Assembly (NCBI RefSeq): GCF_009914755.1
Contig: NC_060926.1
From: the human T2T-CHM13v2.0 reference genome, Homo sapiens
DNA: 64,000 nt
Strand: one strand, 5' to 3'
Positions 13,251 through 27,552 of this stretch are shown piece after piece (positions within the stretch are counted from its first letter, which is position 1; the number at the start of each line of letters is the position of its first letter). Position numbers and translations under genes: made by a program. The notes beneath the pieces were generated by a model. That model searched no databases. It worked only from the letters and a program-made list of their open reading frames with translations, and was not told where the DNA came from.

Positions 13251-14612
13251 TATTGTGAGTTTTCAATTTAGGGTCTCGAGCTGTGGTTGAATAAATAAAA
13301 ATGGGAAAGTTTCCATGTTCATGATTATGCTAGTATTTTCTCCTTTGACCCATCATCCAGTACTGGTTATATAGGTAGAAGCCTACTTGTTATAACTTAA
13401 ACAGTTCATAGAATACCTCAGTGCCTAAGCATATTTTTCCTATCTGGATGCCATAATAAATAAAACTACACTATTAAACAGGATTTCTTCAGGTCAGCAT
13501 CTCATCTGTAGGAAGCCCACACTTTGGACTTTCATACTTTTGGAAGACTACTGGACATTGGTTAGGAGTATAGATAAAGTAGGAGTAGATATGTTGTGAA
13601 AGGAAATCAGGGATCAGAAAAAGACTTCCCTTTTTTATTTAAAGCTACTCCCAATTAATAGAATTGTTCATATTGTCAGTACTGCTATATTGGTGCATAG
13701 AGATTCTTAAAATTAGACACTTTTAAACATGAACATATTTGCAAAAAACGAGATGAAAATCCTTTGTGTTTAGCCTTTCCCCTAAGAAACTATGATACTC
13801 GGAGCAAAGTTTAGTACCCTCATTGTTTTATTTATGCTTGTTTTACATCTATAGGGTATTATAAGCCAGAAATTACAGAGGGCATGCAAAATCACTTTTA
13901 AACTACAAAGTACTATGTGATGAATTGATTATATCACTGTAATTATTTCTGATGTATATATTTAATCAAAATGTATATTTCTAACTTCAAAGGTTAAAGA
14001 ATTATAAGGCATTTTAGAATGTAGTATTTTGGACTTATTACTAATGAAGTACTATTAAATGGATAATATATTGTAACTTCCATTATTTTATACCTATTTT
14101 GAACATTAATTTCATATAAGGAAACTTTTAGTACATGCTTTAGGTGTTATGAGAATAATGTAATAATTTCCAAATCACTCTGAGAATCTTGGAAACATGA
14201 TGACAAAATTATTCTATTTTTTATTGAAAAATATTATACTTGGAGGTTTTGGGGGTATAATTCCTTGTTAAAGATCCCCAAACATTACATATAAAATCTC
14301 CAAACATTACATATTTATAATATCCAAAGTATTATTACATATATTTTAGTCAATATATTTACAGTTAACCCTTTTATGAGGATCACATGTTAAAAGAATA
14401 ATTATAATGCTGAGTTTGACAAGAAGAGTAAGTTTCTTTTTACTTCCTTCAGTAACAGCTCAGAGAATATCAGAACAAAACTGTTGGCCTTTACGTTTAT
14501 TTCAAATTATTCTGATATCATTTTAAAGATAATATGTACATGTATTGAAGACCTAAATATAGTATATTTATAAATTTGTAGTATATGCATTAATATAGTA
14601 AATTTTATAATG

Positions 14613-15098
14613 TACTATTTTAGTTTCATAGGGCTGACAAAGTCTCATACATTGGGTGGTTTAAAACAATAGAACTTCATTATCTCACAGTCCTGGAGAC
14701 TAAAAGTCAAAAATCAAGGGGTAGACAAAGCCATTCCCACTCTGAAACCTGTAGAGAATCTTTCCTTGCCTCCTTGTTGCTGCTGGGGGTTTGCTGGTAA
14801 TTTTTTGTGCTTCTTGGCTTGTAGATGCATTCCCTCAATCTTATCGTCACATCATGTTCTTCCTGCCTTCAAAGAGTCTTCCCTGTGTGTATCTGTCTCT
14901 GTATCCAGATTTCTCCTTTCTATAAAGACATTAGTCATATTGAATTAGGGCTTATTCTAATGACTTCATTTTAACTTGATTAGCTCTGCAGAGTCTTTGT
15001 AAAGACTCTGCTTCCAAATATTATGAACTACTTGGGATAGGACTTCATTATATATATATATTTTTTTTTGCAGGGAGAGCATAATTCAACGAATAACA
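14613..15098 (-). mobile_element. MLT1B/C MaLR LTR
   Basis: TTAGTTTC..AGGGCTG, GTGGTTTAAAACAA, CATTTTAACTTGATTA, ATAATTCAAC..ATAACA. Confidence 0.8.
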
Positions 15099-15192
15099 TG
15101 CACATTAGTCTTCTTAAAATTATACATGACAAAAAATGGTAACAAAGGGGTAAATCTGTCTCTAGATTTGCAATACAAAATTAAATGCTAAT

Positions 15193-15558
15193 TGATATGA
15201 TTTGGCTGGGTCCCCACCCAAATCTCATCTTAAATTGTAGCTCCCATAATTCCCATGTGTCATGGAATTGACCCGGTAGTAGATAATTGAATCACAGGAG
15301 TGGGTCTTTCTTGTGCTGTTCTAATGATAGTGAATAAGTCTCATGAGATCTGATGATTTTATAAAGGGGAGTTCCCCTGCACAAGCTCTCTCTTACCTGC
15401 CATGATGTAAGACATGGCTTTGCTCCTTCTTTGCCTTCTGCCATGATTGTGAGGCCTCCCCAGCCACGTGAAACTGTGAGTCCATTAAACCTCCTTTTCT
15501 TTATAAATTACCCAGTCTCTGGTATGTCTTTTTCACAGAGTGAGAACAGACTAATACA
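15193..15558 (+). mobile_element. THE1 (C/D-like) MaLR solo LTR
   Basis: TGATATGATTTGGCTG...CAGACTAATACA with 5-bp TSD CTAAT at 15188-15192 and 15559-15563. Confidence 0.93.
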
Positions 15559-16091
15559 CTAATGATAATTCATGATTTCTCATAAGGAATTTGTTATATT
15601 AACACAGTCATGATTTATTTGAAAACTATGACTCGTCTTGAAGAAAATAACCACAGATGTACAAGACAATTCATACAATGAGTAAATTTGAATTGGTAGA
15701 TAATATACAAAGCTTACACACCAAAGTAAAAATGATAGTCTTGCACATTTACCTTTCATATATAGTTATTCATTTGGAATTTTCTAGGACTTAGTTTCAA
15801 TTTCTCATTTCTTTATATACCAAAGTGGTTTCCCCAACACCATCTATAAATAATCCATCTTTCTACTGCTTGTTTGTGATGTCATGTATATCATACACCA
15901 AGTTCCTAAATATGCATGCTTCTGTTCTGAGTTCTTTATTATATTCCATCATGATATATTGTTATATTATAGTCTCAGGACTATTGTTAATGTTACATGA
16001 CTTTTATTGGTGGTATTATTATTATGGTTTGGTAGACTGTTTTAACATCTTCCCACTCTATTCCCCTTTCTCTTATTTTTAAAAGGTGTCT

Positions 16092-16622
16092 TTGGTGGTT
16101 ATATCATGTTTCAACTTGGTTAGGCTGAACTGTTTCCCAAAATTTGCTTCCCTGTATTTTTCCACTAAGGTTGGGCCACAAGAGAAATTCTTGTTTAAGA
16201 TTTGGTGGGTGGAACTGAAAGGGCTTCCACTGTACAGTTTATGCTTAATATAGCTTACCTGCTGACTCACCTCATTGTTGTGGGGCAGCCGTGCAACTGA
16301 TTCACCTTCCCCTCTATCCTCCTGCTTCTGCATGTATTAGGAATGATGTGTGTTTTTAGCTCCATGACAAAAGGCATGAGCTTCCCCTGCAGATTATCCA
16401 TACAACCCAAGTCAAGGGCAAGAAGAGCTGACACAGGCTTCAGACCATCTTCATGGATCCAGCTTATGTTGTGGGTTGCAGTTTATCCTTGCTCTCCCTT
16501 ACTTTATTCATCGTCCCATCCTGACAGCATATCTTGTGGAATTCAAGACCTACCACTTAGAAAAGCTACCTAAATAGGGCCTACAGTTGCTTAAGGTCAG
16601 CTCACTCTAACAAATATATTCA
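16092..16622 (+). mobile_element. MLT2 (E/F-like) ERVL LTR
   Basis: TGGTGGTTATATCATGTTTCAACTTGGTTAGGCTGAACTG...GTTGGGCCACAAGAGAAATTCTTG. Confidence 0.65.
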
Positions 16623-17103
16623 CCCTAGGCCCTGGCAGCAATCTAAGTCCTGTCTCTATGAATTTGCCTATTCTATATATTTCATGTAGATGGAGTCATA
16701 TAATATGTGGCATTTTGTTATTGATTCTTTGACTCTATATTTTGTTTTCAAGGTTCATTCATGCTATATATTGGTACTTCATTCTTTTTTATTGCTGAAC
16801 AGCATTCCATTGTATGGCTATGATACATATTGTTCAGCCATCCATTCATCAATTTATTGATTTCCAACACCATTTACTGAAAAGGCTATTTTCTCTCATT
16901 GAATGAAAATGAAATAATCACAAATGTGAGGGTTGCTTTCTTGATTTAAAATTTTATTGTACTGATCTATATGCTTATTTTTATGCCATTACTACATTGT
17001 CTTAATTACTGTCACTTTGTAGGAAGATTTGAAATTAGGTGTGGGAATCCTCTAATTTTGTTCTCCTTTCTCAAAGTTGCTTTGTCTATTAAGAGTTTCT
17101 TGC

Positions 17104-17443
<340 letters not shown>

Positions 17444-17618
17444 TCAATATTTGGAAAAAAACAGCTTGGATATAGATACAGATTAAATATGGATAGCACT
17501 GAACTATATATCAGTTTAGAGAGTATTGATGTCTTAAACAATATTGTCTTCCATTCATTTATTTGTTTTTAATTTTTAAGTTATATTTTATAGTTTTCAG
17601 TATAAAAGTCTTGTACTT

Positions 17619-17619
17619 C

Positions 17620-17666
<47 letters not shown>

Positions 17667-17954
17667 TTGGGACAGGATCTCACCCTTTCACCCAGGCTGG
17701 AGTGCAGTGGCATGATCATGGCTCACTATGGTCTCCATTTCCTGGGCTCAACTAATTCTTCTGTCTTAGCTTCTCAAGTTGCTGGGACTACAGGTTCTCT
17801 CCATAATGCTGGGCTAATTTAAAAAAATTTTTTTTATAGAGACGGGGTCTCATCATGCTACCCAGGCTGGTCTCAAATTCCTGGGCTCAAGTGATCCTTC
17901 CATGTTGGACTCCCAAAGTGCTGGGATTACCTGCATGAGCCACTGTGCCTGGTC
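17619..17954 (-). mobile_element. AluJ SINE with (TTTA)n microsatellite tail (~17619-17668)
   Basis: Reverse AluJ body preceded by about 12 TTTA units. Confidence 0.93.
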
Positions 17955-18437
17955 TATTGAACTTTTTTTAAAAAGATATATTCATAAATATTTTATTTCT
18001 TGATGATGCTATAAATGGAATTATTTATGTAAGTTTTTTTTAGATTGTTCATTGCTAGTGTATAGAAATACAATTGATTTCTGTGTATGGATCTTGTATC
18101 CTACAATGTTCTTAAACTTCTACAATTCTTGAGTTTAGTAATTTGAGTTTTTTGTTTGTTTCTTGGTATCTAGATAAAGGTCTGTCAATTGTGTTATATT
18201 TTCAAATAACCAACTTTTGATTTTATTTCCTTTTATTGTTTTTCTATACTCTATGTCATTTATTTCTGCTCTAATCTTTATTATTTTCTTCTGCTTCCTT
18301 TAGGTTTAATTTGCTCCTTTTCTCGGTGTTTTAAAGTGGAAGTTTGAGTTACTGATTTGAGTTTTTTCTTCTTTTTAAATATAGATGTTTACAGCTATAA
18401 GTTTTCTTCTAAGCACTGCTTTAGTTAAATCTTATAA

Positions 18438-18757
<320 letters not shown>

Positions 18758-20281
18758 TTAAAAAATAAGCCACCTGATCCAAAACTTACATATATATAAA
18801 GTATATAAGATATATATCTTTCTCTTTCTCTCTTTCCACATATGCACATGCACACATACATGCATACATGTATTTTTAAGACATTACAGAGGTATTATGG
18901 TTAGGCTTGGAATTAGAGAGGGAATAAGAATTAAAAAACATAATAAAATAAAATAAAATAATGGCTTTTCATGATCTTTTATGTTAGCATGTCAGAAAGT
19001 GAAAAATGTGATTAATTGAAACTTATGCACTAACATCAAATAATTTAGTTGCTAGATCTTTTTTTTATGATTTTGACAACTTTTAGATGCTAATGCATTT
19101 TCGTTATAACCAATCTGGTAACAAATACAGAGAAAGAATTAGTTTCCTCTGACTAATTTGACATGTTAACCCCTTTAAAGGATCAAATGATACAAACAAT
19201 AGCAGCTTTAAAACTAAAAAGAAAATATTGCTTATTGAAGGAGCAGTAGGAGAAGCATAGAAAAAATATATTTTCCTACTTTGGTTCTGCAATGCTCAGT
19301 AGCAAGATTTCTTAGTTTTAACTGACATTCAGACACTTATGTTACACTTTCATAGCAGTCTAGTAAGAAGAGTTTAGGTCAGGAACCACGCTTCCAGAAA
19401 GAAAGCACATCCATTCCCATGGGAGTTTTTTTCACAACAGTCTCTGCAGCAATTCATTCATAAGCTATTTCTTTTTCTTTCGAGGCGATATAGTTCAGGT
19501 AAAAAGGAATGAGATTCACATAAAGTAGGTGTGGGAGTTGTTCTGGCTTCAACACCTCAGGAGAACATACCTTTTGTAATATCTTCCATTGCATAGCTTC
19601 CAGATTCTTTACAAATGATATACCCACTTCCAGAAATCACTGTTACTGGAGCAATGTCAAATGACACAATCCCTTAGATTACCAAGGGAACAAAGACAGA
19701 ATAAATTTGGTAACTGTTCAACAGGCAGAACAGAGTACAAAATAAGCAACAAATGATGCAATGTTGCATTCAAACTGAAGACAATATTTTTTATTCCCTG
19801 TGTTCTGCTTCTTGCCTTCTTATTAGCTTTTTTCTTACCAAGGCTTCACCTTTTGTTCCTAGGCTATAGTTACCCAAATCAGACCAAAGTGCTCATGCAT
19901 GCTTCACCCAGTTTAGAAGCAATTACATTTATGCTAACTATGAAAACTGATACAGCTAAGTCTCACTACAAAAAAAAATCAAATAATTCATTAAAGACAT
20001 AAAAAGATTGACCACTAAACATTTATTTGAATAACTCTTAATTCTTAAAAAAAATTATTTTAAGTTTAACTTAGCATTGCTTTGTTCTTCCTTGAATTAG
20101 AGCATTGCTGTAATATTCTCTTATTCCCTAAGTAGCTTTTTCCTCAATTTTCAATTTATTGTCACCTACACCTTCTAAGCCACTTATATCTGGCATCATT
20201 GCTAATTTCCCTCTTCCCTGGATCTTTCATTTTTAATCAATCAACAAATATTGCCAATTTGTATCTCATATTTTCATCCAC

Positions 20282-20660
20282 TATATTAGTTTGTTTTCAC
20301 ACTGCTATGAAGAACTGCCCAAGACTGGGTAATTTATAAAGGAAATAGGTTTAACTGACTCATAGTTCAGCATGGCTGGGGAGACCTCAGGAAACTTAAA
20401 ATCATTTTGGAAGGTGAAGAGGAAGCAAGGCACCTTCTTCACAAGGCGGCAAGAAGGAGAAGAGCTGAGCAAAGGGGGAAGAGCCCCTTATAAAACCATC
20501 ACATCTCATGAGAACTCATTCACTATCAGGAGAACAGCATGGGGGAAACCACCCCCATGATTCAATTACTCCTACCTGGTCTCTCCCTTGACACGTGGGG
20601 ATTATGGGGATTACAATTCAAGATGAAATTTGAGTAGGGACACAAAGGCTAATCATATCA
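20282..20660 (-). mobile_element. THE1 (C/D-like) MaLR solo LTR
   Basis: TATTAGTTTGTTTTCACACTGCTATG...CATATCA; 5-bp TSD TCCAC at 20277-20281 and 20661-20665. Confidence 0.92.
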
Positions 20661-20777
20661 TCCACATATTCTCTTTATTTTCCATTCACTTATTTCTTAT
20701 TAGCAAAAGCTAATGTATATATTAATTTTTTAGTTTCAAGAAGCTGTATTATGTAAAGAAGGGTTTCTAGATAGTGA

Positions 20778-21243
20778 TGTGAACCCAGAAAATCTGAGAC
20801 AGGTCTCAGTTAATTTAGAAAGTTTATTTTGTCGAGGTTGAGGACTTGCCTGTGACACAGCCTTAGGAAGTCCTAACAAAATTTGCCCGAGGTGGTTGGG
20901 GTACAGATTGGTTTTATGCATTTTAGGAAGACATGAGACATCAATCAATATATGTAAGCAGTACATTGGTTTGGTCCGGAAAGGCAGGACAACTTGAAGC
21001 AAAGGCAGGAAGACTTGAAGATTCCAAGGAGGGAGCTTCTAGGTCACTTAGATAGGTGAGATATAATGATTGCATTCTTTTGAGTTTCTGATTAGCCTTT
21101 CCAATGGAGGCAATCAAATATGATCTGTCTCAGTGAGCAGAGGGATAACTTTGAATAGAATGGGAAGCAGGTTTGCCCTAAGCAGTTTCCAGCTTGAGTC
21201 TTCCTTAGTGATTTTTGGGGGCCCAAGATATTTTCCTTTCACA
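20778..21243 (-). mobile_element. MER4A ERV1 solo LTR
   Basis: Minus strand starts TGTGAAAGGAAAATATCTTGGGCCCCCAAAAATCACTAAG and ends GGGTTCACA; near-TSD GTGA/GTGG. Confidence 0.88.
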
Positions 21244-21849
21244 GTGGTATAGAAATTTTTAAAGGGGAAGGAAAGAATAACTCTAGTATGATCTGGTGGA
21301 AAAACCAACCTACCAACACTGACTCTTCAATGAGGTGTTGAAGTGATAGTCAGTATGTTCACTCTTCACCCTTCTAGATGCTTCCTCAATGCTGTCCTTC
21401 ACCCTCAGGGTCAGCAAGAGGTATGCTCTGGGATTCTTTTGCTATCAAGATGGTGAGTTTCAATAAGTAATTGATATTGTATTTTCTGCCTTACATTGTG
21501 GCCCCTTTAAAAGGATGTCATTGTAGCTTAGGTATTTAACTCATTGGTTGAATCTCAGGCACTGGAACCTATGACCACAATGGCATCAATAAGGCCTTGA
21601 GAATAATCCAGTTTTCATAGGTCAAAAAGGATAACTAAGTAAAATTAGAGCAGTATCTTCTATCTTATGAGTCATCTACATAATATAATATTTTTACTTC
21701 AGGACTTAGATTATTCAGTGATAAATTATGCATAAAATTGTAGTTGAAAATAAGAAAGAAAAAAGTCCTTCTTGAACTTAACATTGAAAACCCAGACCAA
21801 GCTATACATTAACTCATATGTGAACATGGTTTCTAAATTTCTGAAATGT

Positions 21850-22016
21850 AGTCAAGAGTGGCAACACACTCCTGTAGGCCAGCTACTTGGGAGGCAGAGG
21901 TGGGAGGATCACTTGAGCACAGGAGTTCAGGCTGCAGTGAGCTATGATTGTGCCTATGAAGAGCCACTGCACTCAAGCCTGGGCAACATAGCAAGATCCT
22001 ATCTAAAAAAATAAAA
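21850..22016 (+). mobile_element. FAM (fossil Alu monomer)
   Basis: Single monomer keeping the 7SL-like GCCTATGAAGAGCCACTGCAC segment absent from dimeric Alu; TSD TTCTGAAATGTAG on both sides. Confidence 0.8.
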
Positions 22017-22769
22017 TATTCTGAAATGTAGATCATAAACTATTTTAATATGTTAAAATGGAGAAATTAAGTAACTATTTATTTGTTTTCTATTTAAAAA
22101 GTTAAGCTTTTGCCCGCAGAAATTATGTGCATATGCCCTTTACAGAGGATGATGAACCGTTGTGTGCAAAGATCTCAGAGAATGCCTCCAGATTCACTGT
22201 TCTGTCTTCTACCTTGTTGAGCTCAGAAGTCAAGCTGGAAAACTAGCCAGAGGAATAGGCCTTCTCTCAGAAACAAAGAAATGAACAGAAAAAACTGTTA
22301 TTTTATAGGATTCCCCAAAAGTTTAAAAAATAAGAATAAACCTGGCTTTCTGGGCCCTCTAAAAATAGTAAGTATTTGTAGCACTAGGTTGGACTCACCA
22401 CTTAGCCTTGAATTGAATATTTAAAGCTTACATAACATATAGAAAACATCTCTTCATTTCAAAGGAGAAACAAAAAGGAAACCCAGAGATTTAAAATTTA
22501 TTAGCCCTAGATAGCTAGTTAGGGGCAGAGCAGAAACAAGAAACAAACTTCTCGACTCCAAATTCAAGTCCTTTCTGCCCATTTTACTTTCTAAAAATAG
22601 GAAAATCAGATTAAACATTCCCTAGACTGAATTCCTGTCCTTGGAAAGGGTGAATTCCTGGTCTGCTACCTAAACTTGCATGTGGATCTTCGGTATGTTG
22701 ACCACGAGTTAATGACTCATTCCCTATTAACCATAGTTATTCTCTCTCCCTACTCTTTGAACAGCCCAC

Positions 22770-23285
22770 AGTCATTTCTGTTATTACAAGATTTGACTCT
22801 CTGCTATCTCTGTAAATCTCATTTTTAAAATTCTCTTTTCCTTGATCACTGTACCCTGGAATACCTCCTTGTTGTCTCTTGTACCTCAGGGGCATTGTAC
22901 TTCTCAGTTGTGATGTTCTTCCTCCAGATACTCTCACAGCTCACTCCCTTGCCATGGTCAAGTTTCTGTGCAAACGTCACCCTGTAAGTGAGGACTTTCT
23001 TAACTATTCTATGTAAAGTAGGTCTACTCTAAAAATCCCCCTCTCTTTTCTGTGAGATATAAAAATATTTTTAAAATCTTTTATATATTTGTATAGCCCT
23101 CATCATTTGGCATACTATACTTTTTGCATATTTATTTATTTCTTAAGTATCCTATTCACTAGGAATACAACTTCCATTAGGGTAGATTTTGGTTTGCTTC
23201 GTGTACTGCTGCATGTGCAAAACCTACAACAGTGCTTGGCATAGTTTGTGTTCAATACATTTGTTTGACTAAATTAATCAACACT
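22770..23285 (+). mobile_element. L2 LINE 3' fragment
   Basis: CAAACGTCACC, ACAGTGCTTGGCATAG, TTCAATACATTTGTT. Confidence 0.7.
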
Positions 23286-24061
23286 TAATGCTTCTTCCCC
23301 AGGTGCCCATTTCTCCAACTTCCTTCACTCCTCAACATATATCACCACTGTCTTTCATCTAGGACTGCTAGGCCTTCCAACTATAAAGAAATATAAAAAA
23401 TGAAAACTTTAGTTAAATTTCTCAGGGGAAATTACACCAGTAAAACGACAAGGCAATGGGTCTCTTTTGGATGTGCACACATTGGAGGAAATGAACCATT
23501 TATGTCAAATGTAGTAATAAGCCTTCCTCTTTCTCTACCTTGTTCTCAATGGTATAAAATCAGATCTTTTCTCAAAACTCCCATAACAAGTTAAAAAAAC
23601 ATTTATCTCAACATTTAATACACTTTCCTATGTTTGTAAATATTGCTCTCTCTAATCTGATTATGAATTTCTTAAGATCGGAGACAGTTCTCCATCTTTC
23701 TTTTCCTCAGGATGATTAAAACATAGGAAATGCTAGTAAATTTTTACTTAATTGACTTGAATTAAATATTACAGTGAAATTAAGACAAGAAGATCTCCAT
23801 GAAGCCAGTGACTGCCTTGTATCTCTAGAATTCCAATGCTTGGAGCAAAGCTAACAGATAGCAGGAAGTCTGTAAAGGTGAAATTAATGAATAAAATAAT
23901 GAGGCAGAGTTGGAAAAAAGCAAAAGTTCAGAGTAACAGGAAGACTGATTAAGCGATTCATGCCAAAAAGCAAAGTAAAAGTATTTTTAAGTCTGAGACA
24001 AAGAGACAGAAAGAGACTACCTGAAAGTCATCCAGAAGAGACTACTTCACCAAAAAAAGGT

Positions 24062-24327
24062 GTGACTCACTATATTACTCTATTTGCTTTATTGTGATGC
24101 TTTCGAACCAAACTCACAATATCTCTGAGATATGTCTCTACTTACATATCTATGATAAAGTTTAATTCATAAGTTAGGCACGGTAAGAGATTAAAACAAT
24201 CACTAACAATAAAATAGAACAATTATAATAATATACGGTAATAAAAGTTGTATAAATATGATGTCTCAAATTACTGTAATATTTTTGGACTGTGGAAAGA
24301 TAAACCATGGATAAGGGGAGACTACTG
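24062..24327. mobile_element. Tigger1 end fragment fused to a Tigger2/MER8 fragment
   Basis: GAACCAAACTCACAATATCTCTGAGATATG, then TATGATAAAGTTTAAT...GGATAAGGGGAGACTACTG-TA. Confidence 0.7.
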
Positions 24328-25399
24328 TATTCCAAATCTTATTTCACTTATTTTATTTTCCTAAACACTCTCACTGAAACTTTACTTCACAAATAGATTC
24401 AATGGGCCTAACTTCCCTACGTGATTATTAATATTTTAAGAACTCATATTTATATACTATTGCTTTAAATAATATTCACCTAAAGGAAGCTCTCCATAAG
24501 TTTTTAAACACTTATAATTTATTAAGCATGTTATACTAATGAATTACTATCAATTTACCTATATAACATTTTTTTTTGTTAAGAAATCCAAATATTTTTA
24601 TAGGGTGACCCCTGGAAATCTGTCATTCTATTAGGGGCCTGTTAACCACTGTGAAAGAAGATAAATGTGCATAGGCACTGAAATAGCTACTTATCCTGAG
24701 AAGCCAAATCCCATTAACCCAGCTAAATTGACTCTACTCACACTGATTTGATCAGAGAATCACTTAGCAGAAATCAGAGGCATTTGCCACTGTGGGCGAA
24801 AATAGTATCCTAAACTGCTTTCAAGTTTGAATCAAGGACAGCAATATGATATAAACGAAAGTATCAACAATGAATAATTCTGGGTCATTCCTACCCACTG
24901 CTTCTGAAGAAATGTAGGCTGACTTTATTTGAGCTATTGTATGTATAATTGTTAAATAGCATTGCTCAGTAAAAAATCAATGGTAAACCCCAAATAATTT
25001 AATGAGTGCACATGCAATTTGAGTGTTACCAATTTTTAGAGTTGCATTATTATATGCATATATATCATAAAAATTACATATTAACAATTCCCCAAAGTTT
25101 AGATGATTATTATATAATTTTAAAAGTTTAAGTTTGTTTCATTATATTGTTTTCATTATCACTAGTAACATTTGTTAGTCTTTCTTGGTGAGAGTCACTA
25201 TGGTAAATGCTTTACACAGATCATCACATTCAATCCTTATAAGAATCTTTAGAGGCAAATTTCCAAATTATCATTATTTCCCTATAAAATTAAATAAAGA
25301 AGCACAACATGACTAAGGAAAGGTTTCTGTCCACAACACATTTACAGTTTTAAAAAATGTTAATAGGTTGGTAGGTTTAAGTTATACAAATATTAAGCA

Positions 25400-25695
25400 G
25401 GTGCTGGGCACAGTGGCTCATGCCTATACTCCCAACACTTTGGGAGGCCAGAGCAGCCAGATTGCCTGAGCCCAGGACATTGAGACCAGCCTGGGCAACA
25501 TGGCGAAGCTGCGTCTCTACAAAAATACAAAAAATTAGCCAGGCATGGTGGCATGCTCCTTTAGTCCCAGCTACTCAGGAGGCTGAGGTGGGAGGATCGC
25601 TTGAACCAGGGAGGTTGAGGCTGCAATAGGCCATGATTTTGCCACTGCACTCAGCCTAGCAACAGAGAGAGACCCTGTCTAAAAATAAATAATAA
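25400..25695 (+). mobile_element. AluJ SINE
   Basis: Dimer; TSD AAATATTAAGCA at 25388-25399 and 25696-25707. Confidence 0.93.
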
Positions 25696-27552
25696 AAATA
25701 TTAAGCAAAGCAAGGCGTAATTTAGTACAACTTGATTGATGCAGAACCTCTAGGAGATGTGAAGCCACTAAGAACAGAAATGATTTCAGATAATCCCATA
25801 GAGAAAATAAAATTAAGCTGTGAGAAATTGGTATATATTTCATAGATTCACAGGGAAAGGCAAGATATTTGAGCCAATGATAACAACATAATTATAATTA
25901 AAAACAGAAGCTGGAATATAATGAAATAAAAGCTTTCCAGAAATACCTTTATTATAGAAAGTTTTTTCTTTATTCTGTCACTTATCTGGTTTATTTAGAA
26001 AATAATTCTGTAAAATGTAGGTGAAGTATTTAGTATCCCCAAGTCTTGTATCATTATCCAAAATATTTGTTTATGTAATTCCCTTTATAAAATGTGCTTC
26101 TTTGGATTGTAGCAGTTTGTATTCTTCCTTAGTTGTATTAATGAAATGCATTCTTTTCACTCAATAAGCTAATTTTGAATCATGACTTTTTTTATATGAC
26201 CTTGTAGTTTCATAATCTTTGTAAAGAAAAACAAGCAAGTTTTTAAAGCAGTTTTAAAGTGCACATTTTTTAACAGAGAAAAAGAATATTTATTTACAAT
26301 GTCTACTCTTAGTTCATACACTAAGAGCCTCTGTCTACTGAACAAATAGGTAACATAACCAAGAAAGGAAAACAAGTTTTGTCTAAGGATTGCTAATTAT
26401 TTGAAAAGCTTATTTTCCTTCTCTGGTTATCTTACCTGTCTTAAAAGAACATAGTCTGCCCATAAAAACAATATTGTATGCTCCGTTTAGAGAACAAAGC
26501 CACAAATCTTTCTGTGTGGCTGAAGACTCTCTCTGGGATCTATAACAATAAGTTATTTTTTTGGAGCATAACCATTTTGAGTTCACTCAACTATGCTCCT
26601 ACACTTTTTTTTTTCCACTAGGAGAGGATTCTAGAAACTAATCCCATCCACAGCACAGCTGACCAAGGATGAACAAGAATTTCTTCAGATTTTTCATAAC
26701 AATCTCCTCATATATTTCTGTATAGAAGAAAAAAAACAAAACTGTTTGCTAATATCTTTATGCCCCTGAGCACAACAAAACCCTCAGCTTACACTGAAAT
26801 GACAATGTTACGTAATATTCCAAAGTCAGCTATTCTCTTCATGCCTCATATCCCTTTAATGTCTGCTAGTGTTCCCCACTGACTATCTGTTCTTCATTAA
26901 ATATATGGACATTTAGAATACATAGAGGAAGAGAGAGCGAGAGATTTGGATGGGGTTTTCCCCTCTTTTTCTCTTTTTCTTTGACTTATCTAAGCCCTAT
27001 CTTTCCTGAAAACATTTTTCACTCTGCTCTCTGGAAATCAAATTTCATGTTTCCTAAGCTTCCCTATGAACTCAAACTTCTCACAAAAATTCTCTGTCTC
27101 CAATTTTTTTGTCTCAACTTAAATAAATCTTTAACAGGAATAATCATTTTACTTAAACTTTTTCCAAAACAAGTTATTTTTGTTTTGTGTCTCATAAGCC
27201 ATTTGGCAATATCAATCACTCACTCCTTGCCCAGCTCTGCCAGTAACCTACATCCTTATCAGGCTCCCAAGGTCACTTGAAAATTTTCAACTAGGCAACA
27301 AAATTTCTCTATACCTAAAATGCCAGCATTGTCTTGACACGTTGACCACCTTAATTCCATTAAACTGGGCTTCCACCTCCTTAAGCCATTTATATTTGCA
27401 ATCATAGCCTTTCTTTTTAGTGCCCAGAACCATTTAACTCCTGCTTTACTTTTTTACAACTCGATGGTAGCATCCTTGCTGTTCCCTAAATATGACAAGC
27501 TTATTCTCAACACTGTGCCTTTGTACAAACTCTCTTTTCTCTGGAATATATG

